Source: Alphaproteobacteria bacterium (GTDB lineage Bacteria; Pseudomonadota; Alphaproteobacteria; SP197). From it: DNA of 64,000 bases. Below, piece by piece: positions 1-9,392 of this stretch (the stretch's first letter is position 1; every line of letters begins with the position of its first letter). The notes under the pieces are model-generated. The model had not been told where the DNA came from. It saw only the letters and a list, made by a program, of their open reading frames with translations, and searched no databases. The DNA is taken from positions 32,001-96,000 of the forward strand of contig OZ219746.1 of the NCBI GenBank assembly GCA_964291265.2. The letters are read 5' to 3'. The position numbers and the translations under genes were made by a program.

Positions 1-1
1 C

Positions 2-316
2 CTGCCTTATGACGAGCCCTGGGCCTGGATGCAACCGGCCCGCCACGCTCTCGGGGCGCTTCTGATGGAACAGGGTCGCTACGTCGAGGCCGAAGCGGTC
101 TACCGTGCCGATCTGGGATTCGATGCAACCCTGCGCCGCCCCTGCCAGCACCCCGACAACGTCTGGAGTCTGCACGGTCTCCACGAATGCCTGGTCCGCC
201 GCGGTGATACGGTCGAGGCGCCGATCATCAAGCAGCGACTGGACCTCGCCGCTGCGCGCTGCGACGTGCCGGTGCACGCGTCATGCTACTGCCGCATGCA
301 GAACGTCATTTCCTGA
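2..316 (+). CDS. TPR-repeat protein, C-terminal part (runs off the window start)
   Basis: Open frame from base 2: LPYDEPWAWMQPARHALGALLMEQGRYVEAEAVYRADL...HPDNVWSLHGL, a TPR-like helical pattern. Confidence 0.75.
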   Translation: MPYDEPWAWMQPARHALGALLMEQGRYVEAEAVYRADLGFDATLRRPCQHPDNVWSLHGLHECLVRRGDTVEAPIIKQRLDLAAARCDVPVHASCYCRMQNVIS

Positions 317-1234
317 ACGTGCGCGCCGTGGATGGCGTCTGACCGTTCCTGACGTTGACGAGGGCGAGGCTCAGGAGGAGAAGGGCGAAGGCCGTCCAGA
401 CCCACGCGCTGTGCTGCTCGCCGAACGTGACGATGCCCGCGCCGATGATCATCGGCGTGGCGGCAAAGGTCCACGTGGCGTAGAACACCGGCCCCGCAAT
501 GCGGATGGTTTCGAACGACGCGAGCCAGAGCCAGACGTTCAGTGCACCGAAGAGCGGGACGAGCCACCAGAGATGCAGGCGTTCGGCATCGAACCACCAG
601 ACTTGGTCCAGCCAGACGACCGGGACCAGCAGCATCGCCGCGCCGCCTGCCATCATGGCAAACGAGATCGCCAGGGAATCTGTCTCGGGCGGCCAGTCGC
701 GGGCCATCCAGTTGGCCCAGAGCGCCCAGCCGACGGGAACGACAAGCGCGACTGCAACCCAGGGAACCATGGCACGGGATGGCAGGCCGGTTTCCGGCAA
801 CACCGTGAGCATCAGGCCTGCGACACCGATCAGGAGTCCGACAAGGCGAATCCAGCGATATCTCTCGATCAGCAGCACGAGCGCGACCAGGTAGGTGAGG
901 GCCGGCTCGATGGCCATGGTGAGACTCATGACGCCGACAGGCAGGTGCGGCGAGGCCAGGGTCATGGCGACATAGGGATCACGAGCCCGAAAAGCGCCGA
1001 CACCGCGTAGTAGCGCAGGTGGGGCACGGTCCGCGGCACAGACTGGCGCCTCGCCAGCAGAGTCGCCCCGCCCATCGCCGCTCCTGCGAGACATTGCCAG
1101 AAGACGAAACCAAGGAAGGGAACACCTCCCTCGGTGCCGATGCGCAGAAAGACGAGGAAGGCGGTCGCCGGAAGCGCGACCATCATCAGGAGAAAAAGGC
1201 GGAGCAGGAGCGAAGGCTCGGCGACTGGCATCAT
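306..1234 (-). pseudogene. DMT/EamA family transporter with an apparent 1-bp frameshift near 975
   Basis: The hydrophobic N-half (ORF 962..1288, ...SALFGLVIP) and C-half (PYVAMTLASPHLP...GEQHSAWVW) are in different frames. Adding one C at ATCCCTAT joins them, so it may be a sequencing error. Confidence 0.75.
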
Positions 1235-1822
1235 GGCATTCCGAACCCGAAAGCCGGGCGGTCTCGGACATGGGCTCAGGCTGCCCACTAGTCACAAAGG
1301 GTATCATCACAAGTGAATTGAGAGGGTAGTCTTCACCACTGCCGCCGCTTGTCAGCGGCACACCCGGCGATTATGCGGATCGAATGCATGACAAGACCGG
1401 CAGACCGGCGCACCCTGTCAGGATGCCCATCGTCATGGACTAAACTCCCCTGCCGATCCGGTCAACATTGGATCCAGGACTATTCTGTTGTCGTCCCGGC
1501 GCTCGGCGTCGGTTGATTTTGGGGTGGACATCTCGTTTTCGCCGTGGCAGTGTGCTGGCATGATGACGCTTGCCACCCCGGATTCCTCATCGACCTTCGC
1601 GGCGTGACGGTGCACCCGACCCGTGGCGTACGCGCTCCTGACCCCGCGACATAAGCCGGGAACGCGCCATCTGACGGCGCAACAGGACAGCTCTGCTAGA
1701 ACACTCGAAAATGCGTATCCGGTGAGCCCCGATGCACCAGCAGTGACCACTGAAACCGGCCCACAGTGAACCCGGGTACCTCAACCATACCAGGTCCCTG
1801 TCACATCAACAATCCACAGGAC

Positions 1823-2293
1823 TTAGCGATCCGCGCATCGTTGTCGATTTAGGAACTCACGGCGTTGCTTGCGGCTGCCGGCAAATGGATACAATAACCG
1901 CTGTCCTGTTGCCTTAGTTGGCAGAATGTCCTTGTCTTTGAAGTCGTCACGGAGTTTGCCGTCATTTGAGCAAAGAACTTTGGCGCCGCTTGCAAGTGCT
2001 AATGACAAGATATGTAAATCATTTGATCTTGGGGTCTTTTGAGCCAATTGACTGTCAGTAATATAAAGCTGGTCCGCTGAGATTTTTCGAAGATGTCCTC
2101 CTTGGTCATACCGTCGGATAAGATCCATAACGGCGCTATTGTTTCGAAGTTCTGTGAAATACTGCCCAGCGCTAGAGACCGCCAGTATCCCGTGCCTACT
2201 GCCAATCCACGATAGAAACAAATTGTCACCTTCGCCGCGTCGTTTCACCAGTACAGGAAATGAATCTGCATCAACGATAGCGACCACGCACAT
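1823..2293 (-). CDS. PIN-domain ribonuclease-like protein
   Basis: N-terminal AIVDAD strand and C-terminal SNDLHILSLA...VLCSNDGKL acidic PIN motifs. Confidence 0.7.
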   Translation of the reverse strand: MCVVAIVDADSFPVLVKRRGEGDNLFLSWIGSRHGILAVSSAGQYFTELRNNSAVMDLIRRYDQGGHLRKISADQLYITDSQLAQKTPRSNDLHILSLALASGAKVLCSNDGKLRDDFKDKDILPTKATGQRLLYPFAGSRKQRREFLNRQRCADR

Positions 2294-2306
2294 TTGCTTT
2301 ACCTAT

Positions 2307-3569
2307 CTACTTGAGGCCCAGTAGGCGCTCTGTTTCTGTCAAGAAAAACTCTCGATAGGTACTAGGTGGATCCAACACATTTCCCATTGAATCGACCGAG
2401 ATATTGTGAATTCTGGTCTCGGTGTTATCTTCATAGTTTTCAAAATACAGGATCACAAGGTCTTCTGGTTGCAACACTTGTTGCAATACACATAATCTGA
2501 AACGATCGACGATATGATCACTGTGGGTTTCAATAATGTAATCGTGTGGTCCTTCGGCCATATATTGGGCCAATTTAGCCTGTGCCACTGGATGAACGTG
2601 GACTTCTGGTTGTTGCAGCAAAAAAATACTTGGTGTGTCAGTTACAGCTATGGCGTGTATAAAAGGGAGTATTGAATGCACACCGTAACCCACATCAATT
2701 AGATTATGGGTGCCAGCGGCCGTTGTGACCAAAACATCCGTTGCTTCGCCCAAGTCGATTTCAGTCAACGTGATGTCGCTCCACAAACCTAATGCCGTGC
2801 CGGCCTGTGCGATCAGTGAGCGTTCCGAAGAATTGCTTAAATACACCGGGGGCTCCTTGTAACTGCGCAGCCTGGGAGGCGCATGCGGCTCAGGAGCTTT
2901 AACGTGAAAACTAGGATGTGCGGGCAATGGCATCTCGGAACGGAAGAAGTTAATGAATTTACCGAAGTTAATGATTTCTTCCGATGTGCTTGGTACACAT
3001 TCTCGTTTTGCAAAAATTGTGCTATCCGCATTGTATGGGAAAAAACCGTGACGCACGTTACGCGATAACCAAGTAGAAATGGGTACAAAGGATATTTCCG
3101 CCCACTTCATAGAAAAATCAAAATTTGGACCATGAAACACCAAACGTTTATTTTTACTGCTGTCACCATTATAGATTGACATTTCGATGTGCGCAGACGA
3201 AGCATCCTTTGCAGCAAAGGAAAACTCGGTGCGTGTTTCATAAGGCCGTCCCTTATTGTCGCGTCCGAAGGAAAACATGGCTGATGAGTGAATGTGATCG
3301 TCATATTGACCAGTAATTGTAAAGTTGGAAGAGCCCAAACGGGCTATCGAGTCGTATTCACCCATGGAAAATGGAGGTTGGTCAAAGATGTGATTGTCAG
3401 GCAAGTCAACTAAATTGGAGAGGTGAGCGAATGCATTGAAGCAGCCCAGAAAAGTGGATTTACCGACGCTGTTTTCACCAACAAGCAAGGTGATGCGACC
3501 CAGACGTGCGTGTTGGGGAGAGTTGAAACGGCGAATATTCTGGAGAGACATTTCGCTTATACGAGGCAT
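2307..3569 (-). CDS. ABC/AAA-type ATPase (AAA_15/AAA_21-like, DUF3696-like C-terminus)
   Basis: Walker A GENSVGKS, signature DVGYG, Walker B region LLQQPEVHVHP, IETHSDH. The ATG at 3569 overlaps the upstream TAA. Confidence 0.85.
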   Translation of the reverse strand: MPRISEMSLQNIRRFNSPQHARLGRITLLVGENSVGKSTFLGCFNAFAHLSNLVDLPDNHIFDQPPFSMGEYDSIARLGSSNFTITGQYDDHIHSSAMFSFGRDNKGRPYETRTEFSFAAKDASSAHIEMSIYNGDSSKNKRLVFHGPNFDFSMKWAEISFVPISTWLSRNVRHGFFPYNADSTIFAKRECVPSTSEEIINFGKFINFFRSEMPLPAHPSFHVKAPEPHAPPRLRSYKEPPVYLSNSSERSLIAQAGTALGLWSDITLTEIDLGEATDVLVTTAAGTHNLIDVGYGVHSILPFIHAIAVTDTPSIFLLQQPEVHVHPVAQAKLAQYMAEGPHDYIIETHSDHIVDRFRLCVLQQVLQPEDLVILYFENYEDNTETRIHNISVDSMGNVLDPPSTYREFFLTETERLLGLK

Positions 3570-5056
3570 TAGCGATCTCCTGAAGACGGCAGAAAACGTG
3601 TCAGCAGATTGCCGCACTTTATGAGAAAACGACTAATGAAAGAGTCTACAGCTTTCGTTTCGTGCGGTGCATTAAGGAGGAATGGGTACTTGAACTGATC
3701 GCCGAGGGCTGTCTTTCCGACGACGGAACAGTGTTCATTGCACTCCAGAGCTTCCACGTCAAGGCGATTCGGTATCATACTGTAGTGCTGTCGACCCGCG
3801 CGATCTGGCCACCAAGTGTCAGCTATCACAAGTCGTATCATCGCGACGACCATTGAGGTCGCAAGGTTTGCGCAGAACGGGAAGACGTTCTGGTTGCGTG
3901 GCTCATGCTCGGATTCAGTGAGGTTGTGGACATATGATGGATCATCCAGAGAGCCGTCGACATCGAGAACAACATCGGAACTGGTATATTGGCCGTCACA
4001 TCGCAGACAACGAAACATCGGACCGATGGTCGTTACACTCCAAGCCGCCTGGCCGAGTGTGCCGTCCGGCTTGTTGTCGATGAACACGCCACCGGATATA
4101 ACGGGAATACAATGTGCATAGGCGACGTGGTTCAAAAGATCCTTGGGAAGCGGGCGATCCACGGCGGAGAATAGGATATCGCAATCAAGAACGGCGGTGA
4201 AGGCGCGACTGTCTTGAATGGGCAAGGCGAACGTTTGGATAGAAAAGCCAGCGGCGGTCGCCGATCGGCTTGCCTGCTGGGCGACGAGTTCGACTTTTAA
4301 TGAGCCGACATCGTTTTCGGAGGCGTACATCAAGCGGTCGAGGTTGTGGGTCTCTATCCGATCCGGATCGATGATCGTGACCCTTTCCATGCCCATCCTT
4401 GCCAAGGATTCGGCAATCACGCAGCCCACGCTTCCGACTCCGACGATACCGAAATGAAGACCGGTGAGGTCTCGTTGGCGTTTGATACCCCAAGTGTCGA
4501 TCGTACGCTGTAGAAATCTGCGTCGCTCACCTGCAGGGCGCTGTTTAAACGTGACGCGAAAGTGGCGTCCGACGATGCGAACCCTTTCGCACCATGTTCG
4601 ATTGAAGGTTTCGCCGTCCCAGTTCCAAAAACGAGCGCTCCAACTGTGGTCCGTGCCAAGCGTCAATCCAACGAGAGGCAGTCCGGTTGCACGAGCGGCA
4701 GGTGAGATTCGATCTCGTTCGGCGACGATGTCGAGCACGCTCATGTCCTGCCAGCCGTCGGTAAAGTGGCTGTGCATGAATGCCAGCCCGGCCCCCCGAA
4801 GGATGGCAATTCGTGTCGCACGGGTCAAGTAAGTTGGTTCGAAACTCGTGCCACCATGCAAGTGTCGTTCACCTTCACCCGGGAGCAATATCTCGAATAC
4901 GATGGCAGCTTTTCTGCTGGCCCCCGTTGAGGGACGCCACAGGGCAAAGCAAAGTTCCTCCTGCATGTATCCGGCGTTCACGTGCCGGAGCAGATGAGCG
5001 GATGCGCTGTCGTGCGCCTCTTGGGTCAGAACAGTATCGAAGATCAAATCTGGCAC
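3569..5056 (-). CDS. JAB peptidase - ThiF/E1 adenylyltransferase fusion (BubCD-like)
   Basis: N-terminal JAB motif E...HSH-x7-S-x2-D; E1 motifs GVGSVG and DPDRIETHNLDRL; CLRC and CNEHC Zn ligands. Confidence 0.85.
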   Translation of the reverse strand: MPDLIFDTVLTQEAHDSASAHLLRHVNAGYMQEELCFALWRPSTGASRKAAIVFEILLPGEGERHLHGGTSFEPTYLTRATRIAILRGAGLAFMHSHFTDGWQDMSVLDIVAERDRISPAARATGLPLVGLTLGTDHSWSARFWNWDGETFNRTWCERVRIVGRHFRVTFKQRPAGERRRFLQRTIDTWGIKRQRDLTGLHFGIVGVGSVGCVIAESLARMGMERVTIIDPDRIETHNLDRLMYASENDVGSLKVELVAQQASRSATAAGFSIQTFALPIQDSRAFTAVLDCDILFSAVDRPLPKDLLNHVAYAHCIPVISGGVFIDNKPDGTLGQAAWSVTTIGPMFRCLRCDGQYTSSDVVLDVDGSLDDPSYVHNLTESEHEPRNQNVFPFCANLATSMVVAMIRLVIADTWWPDRAGRQHYSMIPNRLDVEALECNEHCSVVGKTALGDQFKYPFLLNAPHETKAVDSFISRFLIKCGNLLTRFLPSSGDR

Positions 5057-5424
5057 CAGAAACGAAGAAGATGTCTAATAAGGAATGTTTTCATGTTCCT
5101 TTCCGAAGCTGGGATAGAATCCCAGAAATCACTGGGTGGTACGCTGAAGGCTTTCCAATGGTGATTGTCATAGGTGAATGATGAATGCACAGGAAGTTTC
5201 GCATTCGGGAGGTCAGCAACATAGATAAAATGTGGTGGATAATCGGGATAACTGTCTTCCTGGAAGCCGATTGCGATGGTGAAAAATTGATCCTTGTATC
5301 TTCCTGTTGGAACTGATTGGGTCAGCGTAACGACTGTTTGCTGAATAAAGCCGTCTGCGGATACAATTTGCGGTTCGTGTCCCAGCTCTGCAAGCTCGGC
5401 ACAGATTAAATCGATAGGCTTCAT
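5044..5424 (-). CDS. Prokaryotic E2/UBC-fold protein (BubB-like)
   Basis: YPDYPPHFIYV E2 motif and WKAFSVPP segment; lies between the Ubl and E1 genes with overlapping stop/start. Confidence 0.7.
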   Translation of the reverse strand: MKPIDLICAELAELGHEPQIVSADGFIQQTVVTLTQSVPTGRYKDQFFTIAIGFQEDSYPDYPPHFIYVADLPNAKLPVHSSFTYDNHHWKAFSVPPSDFWDSIPASERNMKTFLIRHLLRFWCQI

Positions 5425-5903
5425 GGATCTGGAGCAAATGCCACGGGGGTTGCCCCGGAGTGTACCGCCAAGAATTCATCGTCATTCGTAATATCGACAA
5501 TGTCGATCAAGTTGCGATATTTTATACCGGTATTGATGTTTTCAAGGATGTAGCTGTTGAGTTGGTTGAGGTCGATGCTGGCGGACTTCCCGGCAGCTCG
5601 GAGGATGTTTTTTACGGAGAGGGTCGCATTAGTCGTTGTTTGTTGCTCTCCATTGACCTTGTAGTGAATCACCGTGTCAAGGGTCGGCTTTGAATCATGG
5701 TCCCTTTTTTTTGTCGTAACGCGGTCGCCGGAGTGAATGTCGATATTCTGCTTGGGATCGAGATGTTCGGTGCCGCCTTGAGAAATCAAGAGAAAATGGT
5801 CTGGGGACAAGCCAGCGATAGCAAGGACTTCTGCAACGGTTAGGGAGACCTTGCGAGCGGAGTGTGGTTTGTCGTCTATGAAGAACTCAATGGAGTCTGC
5901 CAT
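5421..5903 (-). CDS. Multi-ubiquitin (tandem beta-grasp) Ubl protein
   Basis: Two related units (FFIDDK...LTVAEVLAIAG; YKVNGE...LSVKNILRAAG), C-terminus HSGATPVAFAPDP, AGAGGA RBS before the ATG at 5903. Confidence 0.8.
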   Translation of the reverse strand: MADSIEFFIDDKPHSARKVSLTVAEVLAIAGLSPDHFLLISQGGTEHLDPKQNIDIHSGDRVTTKKRDHDSKPTLDTVIHYKVNGEQQTTTNATLSVKNILRAAGKSASIDLNQLNSYILENINTGIKYRNLIDIVDITNDDEFLAVHSGATPVAFAPDP

Positions 5904-6864
5904 GTTATCCTCTTTGGCATTAGGCAAAAAGATGTTGCAAGCAGGACGGGGTTGGCTGGCTTGTCCACTTTCTACTATGTCACTACATCGTTTAGGTCGA
6001 AGGATCAAGTGATGGCGTCTGAATTCTAGAGCGAGGGGTAGAAATGTCAAGCGCGTGGAACGGATCGCGGGGAACGTGTCGGACTTCTCCTTCGGTCTCA
6101 AGGCGGAGCGAAGGGAGAATGGTACCCCGGCACCGAAGCAAACCACTTCCGAGATGCGCAACGCAGCGCCGTAGGCGACAACGGTTGCCATGCTGTAGCG
6201 CACGTCGGTGGATCGCCTGGATCAGGTGCTTGAAAGCCCGTCGGGAGTTGTCCGCGGCAGGCGTTCGGGAGCCCGGCGAGAACGAAGATGTTCGACGTTC
6301 TAGGGCTGATTGAGCACACTACCATAGAACAGGCGGATCGTCATGGTCCGGAACGCCATGGCCGATGACGGCATTTCTACGAGACGGCGGCCGGGGAGGG
6401 AGAGGCATGAGCCGCCCGTTGCCGGATTCAGCGCTTGTGCGTCTTTCGATCTCGGCGACGACGGGGAATGGGCGCAGGTCGCAGAGCGGGCTCGGGAACA
6501 GGGGAAGTCGGCCTCGCGCGGTTTGTGGATGCGGTGCTGGCGGTGGCCGATACCCGCACGGTCGAGGGTGAACGGGACCTGCAACCCGAAGCCCGTCCGG
6601 CAAGGCGAACTGCTCTGAAACGGGCCCACCTCGGAAGACGCGGCAGCCGAAGACGGTGGACCACGATCTCGGACCAAGGAGCGAAATCATCTGCTGTTGC
6701 GCACAGTGGTACCGAGTTGGCAGATTGCATCCGGCAGGAGCGGTGGCTACCGCAGGCGTGACCGGTCCCGAGAGCGACGCGGAGATGGGACGGGAACTCG
6801 AAAACGTGGAGACCTGATCGTGAACGAGGGCTGCGGTGCCAAGGGCGGGCGATACAGGATCATC

Positions 6865-6999
6865 GTAAGCGTTCGGCCGTGCGGTGACGGCTGATTTTGG
6901 TTGGTTTTGGGACTGGCTGACAACCGTCTGAGAAAGTGCTGGTAACGCATCCTCAACCGGTGAATATCACCAACAATCACCGCGCGACCGAACGCTTAC
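6865..6999. mobile_element. 135-bp MITE-like unit with 23-bp imperfect terminal inverted repeats
   Basis: GTAAGCGTTCGGCCGTGCGGTGA ... TCACCGCGCGACCGAACGCTTAC (2 mismatches). Confidence 0.75.
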
Positions 7000-7000
7000 C

Positions 7001-7131
7001 CCGAAGCCATGTTGGCAGGAAAGGACGCCCGGGAGACCTCAAGCACGATGACCTGCAAGCGTCCGGTCTTGCCCCGGTTTTCGCTCGGCATTCTCCCAAG
7101 CGCTGTCATCCCCTCATGAGCGAACGCTTAC
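7001..7131 (+). repeat. 131-bp IS right-end repeat, copy 1
   Basis: Highly similar to 8703-8833 (CCGAAGCCAT...GAGCGAACGCTTAC); supplies the rpn TAA stop. Confidence 0.85.
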
Positions 7132-7598
7132 CGCTGCCTGGGCCTGGCGGCCAGCACATCATCAAGACTTGGGGCGGCCAGCACCGCCTCCGCCCAGGCT
7201 TCCAGTTCGGCGGCCGACGCGCCGCGCACCCGCTCGCGGAACGCATCCGGCACATCACCGAAGCGCAAGGACAGTTGACGAAGAAGAAGTTCCGCGAGGG
7301 CCTCGCTCCGGCCTCGTTCAAGTCCCCTCTCGAGTCTCTCGGCTCTTCCTCTCTCGATACCCTCGGCTCTTCCCCTCTCGATACCCTCGGCTCGTCCTCT
7401 CTCGATTCCCTCGGCTCGTCCTCTCTCGATACCCTCGGCTCGTCCTCTCTCGATTCCCTCGGCTCTTCCCCTCTCGATACCCTCGGCTCTTCCCCTCTCG
7501 ATACCCTCGGCTCTTCCCCTCTCGATACCCTCGGCTCTTCCCCTCTCGATACCCTCGGCTCTTCCCTGTTCGACCCAGGTTTGTGCGATCGTGCCCAT
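7128..7598 (-). CDS. Putative intragenic small Rpn (RpnS-type antitoxin) from an internal start
   Basis: In-frame ATG (MGTIAQ) at 7598 preceded by GGAGG (7604-7608) with 5-nt spacing. Confidence 0.55.
   Translation of the reverse strand: MGTIAQTWVEQGRAEGIERGRAEGIERGRAEGIERGRAEGIERGRAEGIERGRAEGIERGRAEGIERGRAEGIERGRAEGIERGRAERLERGLERGRSEALAELLLRQLSLRFGDVPDAFRERVRGASAAELEAWAEAVLAAPSLDDVLAARPRQR
7338..7565. repeat. 24-bp tandem repeat (about 9-10 copies) encoding ERGRAEGI
   Basis: Unit CTCGGCTCTTCCCCTCTCGATACC repeated head to tail with no spacers. Confidence 0.95.
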
Positions 7599-8702
7599 CA
7601 ACACCTCCCAATGGTCCGGCTTCGTCCGGCGCAAAGACGCCTCCAGCATGGCCGGCGTCAGGCCCTTGTGCTCGGTCATGTAGCGCACAATATGGTGCTC
7701 GAAGTCGCTCCCTGCAAGCAGCCCGTCCATGATCACGTCGAGAAGATCGGGCGGTACCTCCTCGGCAAAGGCAAACCTGAGCGCCAGAAGAGCGGACCGC
7801 ACCTCGGGCGAGGTCGACGGCCGGTCCGGCGCCATCTCCCCGAGGTCGTGCACCACATAGGCGAACTCCCTGACGAACGACTTCAGCTTCTCGGGCGCGT
7901 CGATCATCTTCAGCACCGAGCGCGCCGCCTTCCAGCGCCCCCGGCCGTGATAGAAGACCAGGGGGATGATCGCCGGCAGCTTGATGTCGTTCCCGCCGCC
8001 CTCGCTCTTGCTCCGCTCGCTCTTGCTCCGCTCGATCTCGCGCCGCCAGATGTTGACCATGTATCCCAGGAGCTGGAGCGGCGTCGCGGCGTCGACGTAG
8101 CTCTTGTGTTCGAGCAGCACGTAGAGGCTTAGCATCTTTGCCGTCCTTCAATCTCACCCGGAACAGCGCATCGCACTGGGTGGTACGGGCGGCCTTGTCG
8201 ACGAAACTCTCCCCAACCGCCTCGAACGGCGCCTCGGGATCGAGGAGTTCAGCCACCTTCCGCGGCAGGTAGTCGGTGAGCAGAGAAGCGGCACGGGACG
8301 GTTCGGAGACCAGTGCCCGGAACAGCGTATCGTGTCGATTCACCGGAAGTCTCACCGAGCGAGACCCCGGCGTTTCAACGGGCATCGTGCTCACGGGTTG
8401 GAAGGGGGAAGGTGTTCGTCATGGCGGCACCCTACGCCGAACAGCACCAGGGCGGCAATCGCGGCGCCTGACCCGGGGTGAGGCCTGCCAGACGTCAAGA
8501 CCTCGATGGCGCTTGTTCCTCAGGTCGCCGCCATGCCCGTACTTCACTCGGGTGGCCTCAGCCCAAGCTATGGCCCCTCCCTATGCTGGGTTGTGGAACT
8601 GATAGAAGACCAGTGATCACCCGCGATTTTGGCAACAAACTTCAAGGTCACCAACCCGCCCTCGTCCCCGCCTTCGATACCTCAAGACCGCTTCGCTGCC
8701 TG

Positions 8703-8833
8703 CCGAAGCCATAGTGGCAGGAAAGGACGCCCGGGAGACCTCATGCACGATGACCTGCAAGCGTCCGGTCTTGCCCCGGTATTCGCTCGGCACTCTCTCA
8801 GGCGCCGTCATCCCCTGATGAGCGAACGCTTAC
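8703..8833 (+). repeat. 131-bp IS right-end repeat, copy 2
   Basis: Similar to 7001-7131 and followed directly by the target duplication GGATCATC. Confidence 0.85.
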
Positions 8834-8924
8834 GGATCATCGCGGTCGGGGCTGAGGCGCGTCGAAGCCCGGTTCGCCGAACGCGCTGGGAGCCACGGCG
8901 GCAGCGGTCGCGGGCCGTGGTCCG

Positions 8925-9392
8925 ATGACTGACGTGTTGCTGTCGAACGATGAGCTCAACCGACACCGATTGGCCTTGAAGCGGGTGAGGAATCCCAATG
9001 CCCGTTGGCGGGCACAACCCGGACGGCACAAACAGCGGAATTTCAATGCCGTAACGGAAGACGGGGCGGTCTACCGGATCTACCAACGGCAGGATCTGGA
9101 TGACCATCTGGACTTCTCGTGCGGCTTGGTGCTGACGCGGTGCCGCGGCAAGCCGTTGAGCTTGGTTCGCTACAACGGGGCGAGTCACGTACACGTGAAG
9201 ATCCGCTATGCTTGTCATGTTCATCGTGCTACGGCCGAGGCACTCGCGGCCGGGAGGAAAGTCGACAGCCACGCCGAAGGAACGGATCGATACAGGACCG
9301 TGGAGGGAGCGCTTGCGTGCCTGATGGAAGATTGTGGCGTGGAGGGTCTTTCCGCGAATCATGACGAGCTGGACTTGTTCGATGGCGCTTGA
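8925..9392 (+). CDS. Hypothetical protein, DUF6978-like
   Basis: LVRYNGASHVH...CHVH His-rich motif; overlaps the start of the downstream DUF1828-like gene. Confidence 0.55.
   Translation: MTDVLLSNDELNRHRLALKRVRNPNARWRAQPGRHKQRNFNAVTEDGAVYRIYQRQDLDDHLDFSCGLVLTRCRGKPLSLVRYNGASHVHVKIRYACHVHRATAEALAAGRKVDSHAEGTDRYRTVEGALACLMEDCGVEGLSANHDELDLFDGA

Larger units (their letters stand above)
7128..8385 (-). pseudogene. rpn: Rpn family recombination-promoting nuclease (YhgA/Transposase_31-like, DUF4351-like C-terminus), frameshift near 8128
   Basis: HDTLFRAL...SFVD...CDALFRV in one frame, LYVLLEHKS...IIPLVFYHG in another; C-terminal LLLRQLSLRFG...LEAWAEAVL. Confidence 0.85.
6865..8833. mobile_element. 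Non-autonomous transposon with IS66-type ends carrying an rpn gene
   Basis: Ends GTAAGCGTTCG / CGAACGCTTAC, flanked by the 8-bp direct repeat GGATCATC (6857-6864, 8834-8841); no IS66 transposase inside. Confidence 0.85.

Noticed and set aside
3569-5056. CBASS Cap2/Cap3 or ThiF/MoeB cofactor biosynthesis
   Set aside because: No CD-NTase or thiamine/molybdopterin genes nearby; the partner is a multi-ubiquitin protein
6300-6760. Short ORFs, possibly a ribbon-helix-helix remnant
   Set aside because: Fragmented across frames with no confident family motif
6865-7131. Possible integron attC sites
   Set aside because: Ends are GTAAGCG rather than GTTRRRY, there is an 8-bp target duplication, and no intI is present, so IS66-type ends fit better
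7338-7565. Possible CRISPR array
   Set aside because: The 24-bp units abut with no unique spacers, encode an in-frame peptide repeat, and no cas genes are present
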